A stretch of 64,000 nt of DNA. It comes from Azolla caroliniana (lineage: Eukaryota; Plantae; Polypodiophyta). The stretch's first letter is position 1. The number at the start of each line of letters is the position of its first letter. The translations under genes were made by a program, and so were the position numbers. Of the stretch, positions 63,401 to 64,000 are shown in pieces. The notes beneath the pieces were generated by a model, which worked only from the letters and a program-made list of their open reading frames with translations, made no database searches and had not been told where the DNA came from. The DNA is taken from positions 6,448,001 to 6,512,000 of the forward strand of contig JBHGNT010000022.1 of the NCBI GenBank assembly GCA_043228905.1, in the 5' to 3' direction.

Positions 63401-63855
63401 TCATAACTCTCTCGTTTGACACCCAAATATCACGTGTAAATATGGGTTAGAAAGGTTGTGAAGAGAGCTATCCGTAGCTTTTTAAAACTCTAAATTTGGA
63501 GCATGGATGAGGGAGATATGACGATTAGAAGATCGTTGTGTCATAGCTAAGAATAGGAGATGGAAAAGCTGTAAAAAAAGCGTGGAAAAGAAAGCAAGCG
63601 AAACTTATCTACTAGAGGAGAACTTCATATAAAGCAAGAAGAGTGAGGTGGTGAGGAGGAGTTTTTTTCGGGTGGTGTTTTTCTTGCCTATTCATGTAGT
63701 GCGTTTTTCTAGTGATCAATTGATCCTTGTAGGCTTGAGTTTATGTATCTTCTTTCTCTTGTTTTTATGATCATCACTCCTTATTAATATATCTTTGTAG
63801 ATTTGGATTTCTATATCTTCCTTCTCTCTCTTTTCTATCATCTTCTCTCTTTTCA
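60476..63855 (+). mobile_element. Small non-autonomous gypsy-type LTR element (3.4 kb)
   Basis: LTRs 60476-61115 and 63231-63855 (near-identical, 15-bp indel), TSD ccttc, PBS tggcgctccagggaggg at 61119 (possibly tRNA-Asn), PPT aaaaagcaagggggaggg. Confidence 0.93.
61212..62969 (+). CDS. 585-aa Gag-like protein with eroded RT fragments
   Basis: Gag-like KMERFKAGLDP..KYPRSFHD. RT relics [34 protein letters not shown] and VDEAKIDVI. No YxDD motif. Confidence 0.7.
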   Translation: MARYGVRDATDLRREIFQLRMVSPMCYLEYEKTFLDIWSTWIGLVGGVEDVYFKMERFKAGLDPYFQYEVHMKYPRSFHDLLRVCQSYDQQLKKLLFGEAYGLSASYTINPSYNNCGSVMSQQPAYLQCPIQQVPSYHYSNFWSYYDVYEGDSRDNEEEVMNVESPHLVHEDNHDIKNDDVKDESNEIVMRSDVMDGDANVHHVEGIIDTTSDMVVDDEYVQDEMEDMTKEVVDGEVPTTKLQDEEGNLEVIAGDWLLEINACKEALVSAKLQCMKVFVHDLCFGFALSSNKVMWASTLQQQFDQEPRDLLVMHDWSIINLSPSKDPPQLIKCIKEKESSIDIGKQEEESITIDEYSLDRENKSFHMVSKEEEEVIEEKSIITLEKMISSYIQGEEHLRFSSFLFEFPKLLINVYSHIKGEDCSKDLIKLKVPIAQTLQESKVVQKKDHKALLQESFIYHMEDLKCISPIVVVPKEKDVNFQPLNESTKRDLFFLPFRDEILDEMVIHKKQGNVENVVCQEESHVDEAKIDVIQNMTILTSIEALKVFVQKVRSLERFIHMLTCLLLSRPMYRMILLVFRELTKT

Positions 63856-64000
63856 CCTTCGAGTCTCCTTATACTCCTCTCCTTACACTTAGTGATTTGT
63901 TTCTTGGGGTTTAGGGACCCTCGTGGTTTTTCCCTTTTTCGGGTTTTCCACGTAAAAGATCTTGTGTCTCTGTATCTTCTCGTCTTCAGTCTTGTTTTCT

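Larger units (their letters stand above)
60108..64000 (+). repeat. Copia LTR related to the A/B LTRs, split by a nested element and running off the window
   Basis: Starts tgttggga and shares ctatatttgtaaatag, agggcaaac, gagctcaaggtt and cgtggtttttccc..gggttttccacgtaaa with the A/B LTRs. Confidence 0.8.

Overview
Plant nuclear DNA, probably from a fern (inferred from a plastid rpoA insert with apparently unedited C-to-U sites and from the TE repertoire). It is almost entirely nested transposons around one host gene, an intronless eIF1A at 44983-45420 (-). Main structures, with boundaries fixed by TG..CA ends and target-site duplications (TSDs): (1) a rearranged, fold-back Ty1/copia remnant, 4930-11440; (2) an Athila-like Ty3/gypsy element E1, 11442-38988, carrying four younger insertions: intact copia A 13134-18650, a solo LTR 21553-22983, a gypsy derivative E3 24621-29265 and copia B 33267-38949; (3) a decayed Sola-like DDE transposase; (4) a second Athila-like element E4, 46475-56477 (-), inserted in a LINE remnant; (5) a small non-autonomous gypsy, 60476-63855, inside a copia LTR. 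The most striking observation is that all three Athila-like elements lack a polypurine tract (PPT) before the 3' LTR. In its place each has a conserved ~40-nt copy of a tRNA-Arg-like 3' end (T-arm, acceptor strand, CCA), interrupted by a 14-nt hairpin with compensatory changes. This amounts to an inverted second primer-binding site and suggests tRNA-primed or tRNA-mimic-primed plus-strand synthesis. All identities and tRNA assignments were judged by eye or from memory and need computational confirmation.
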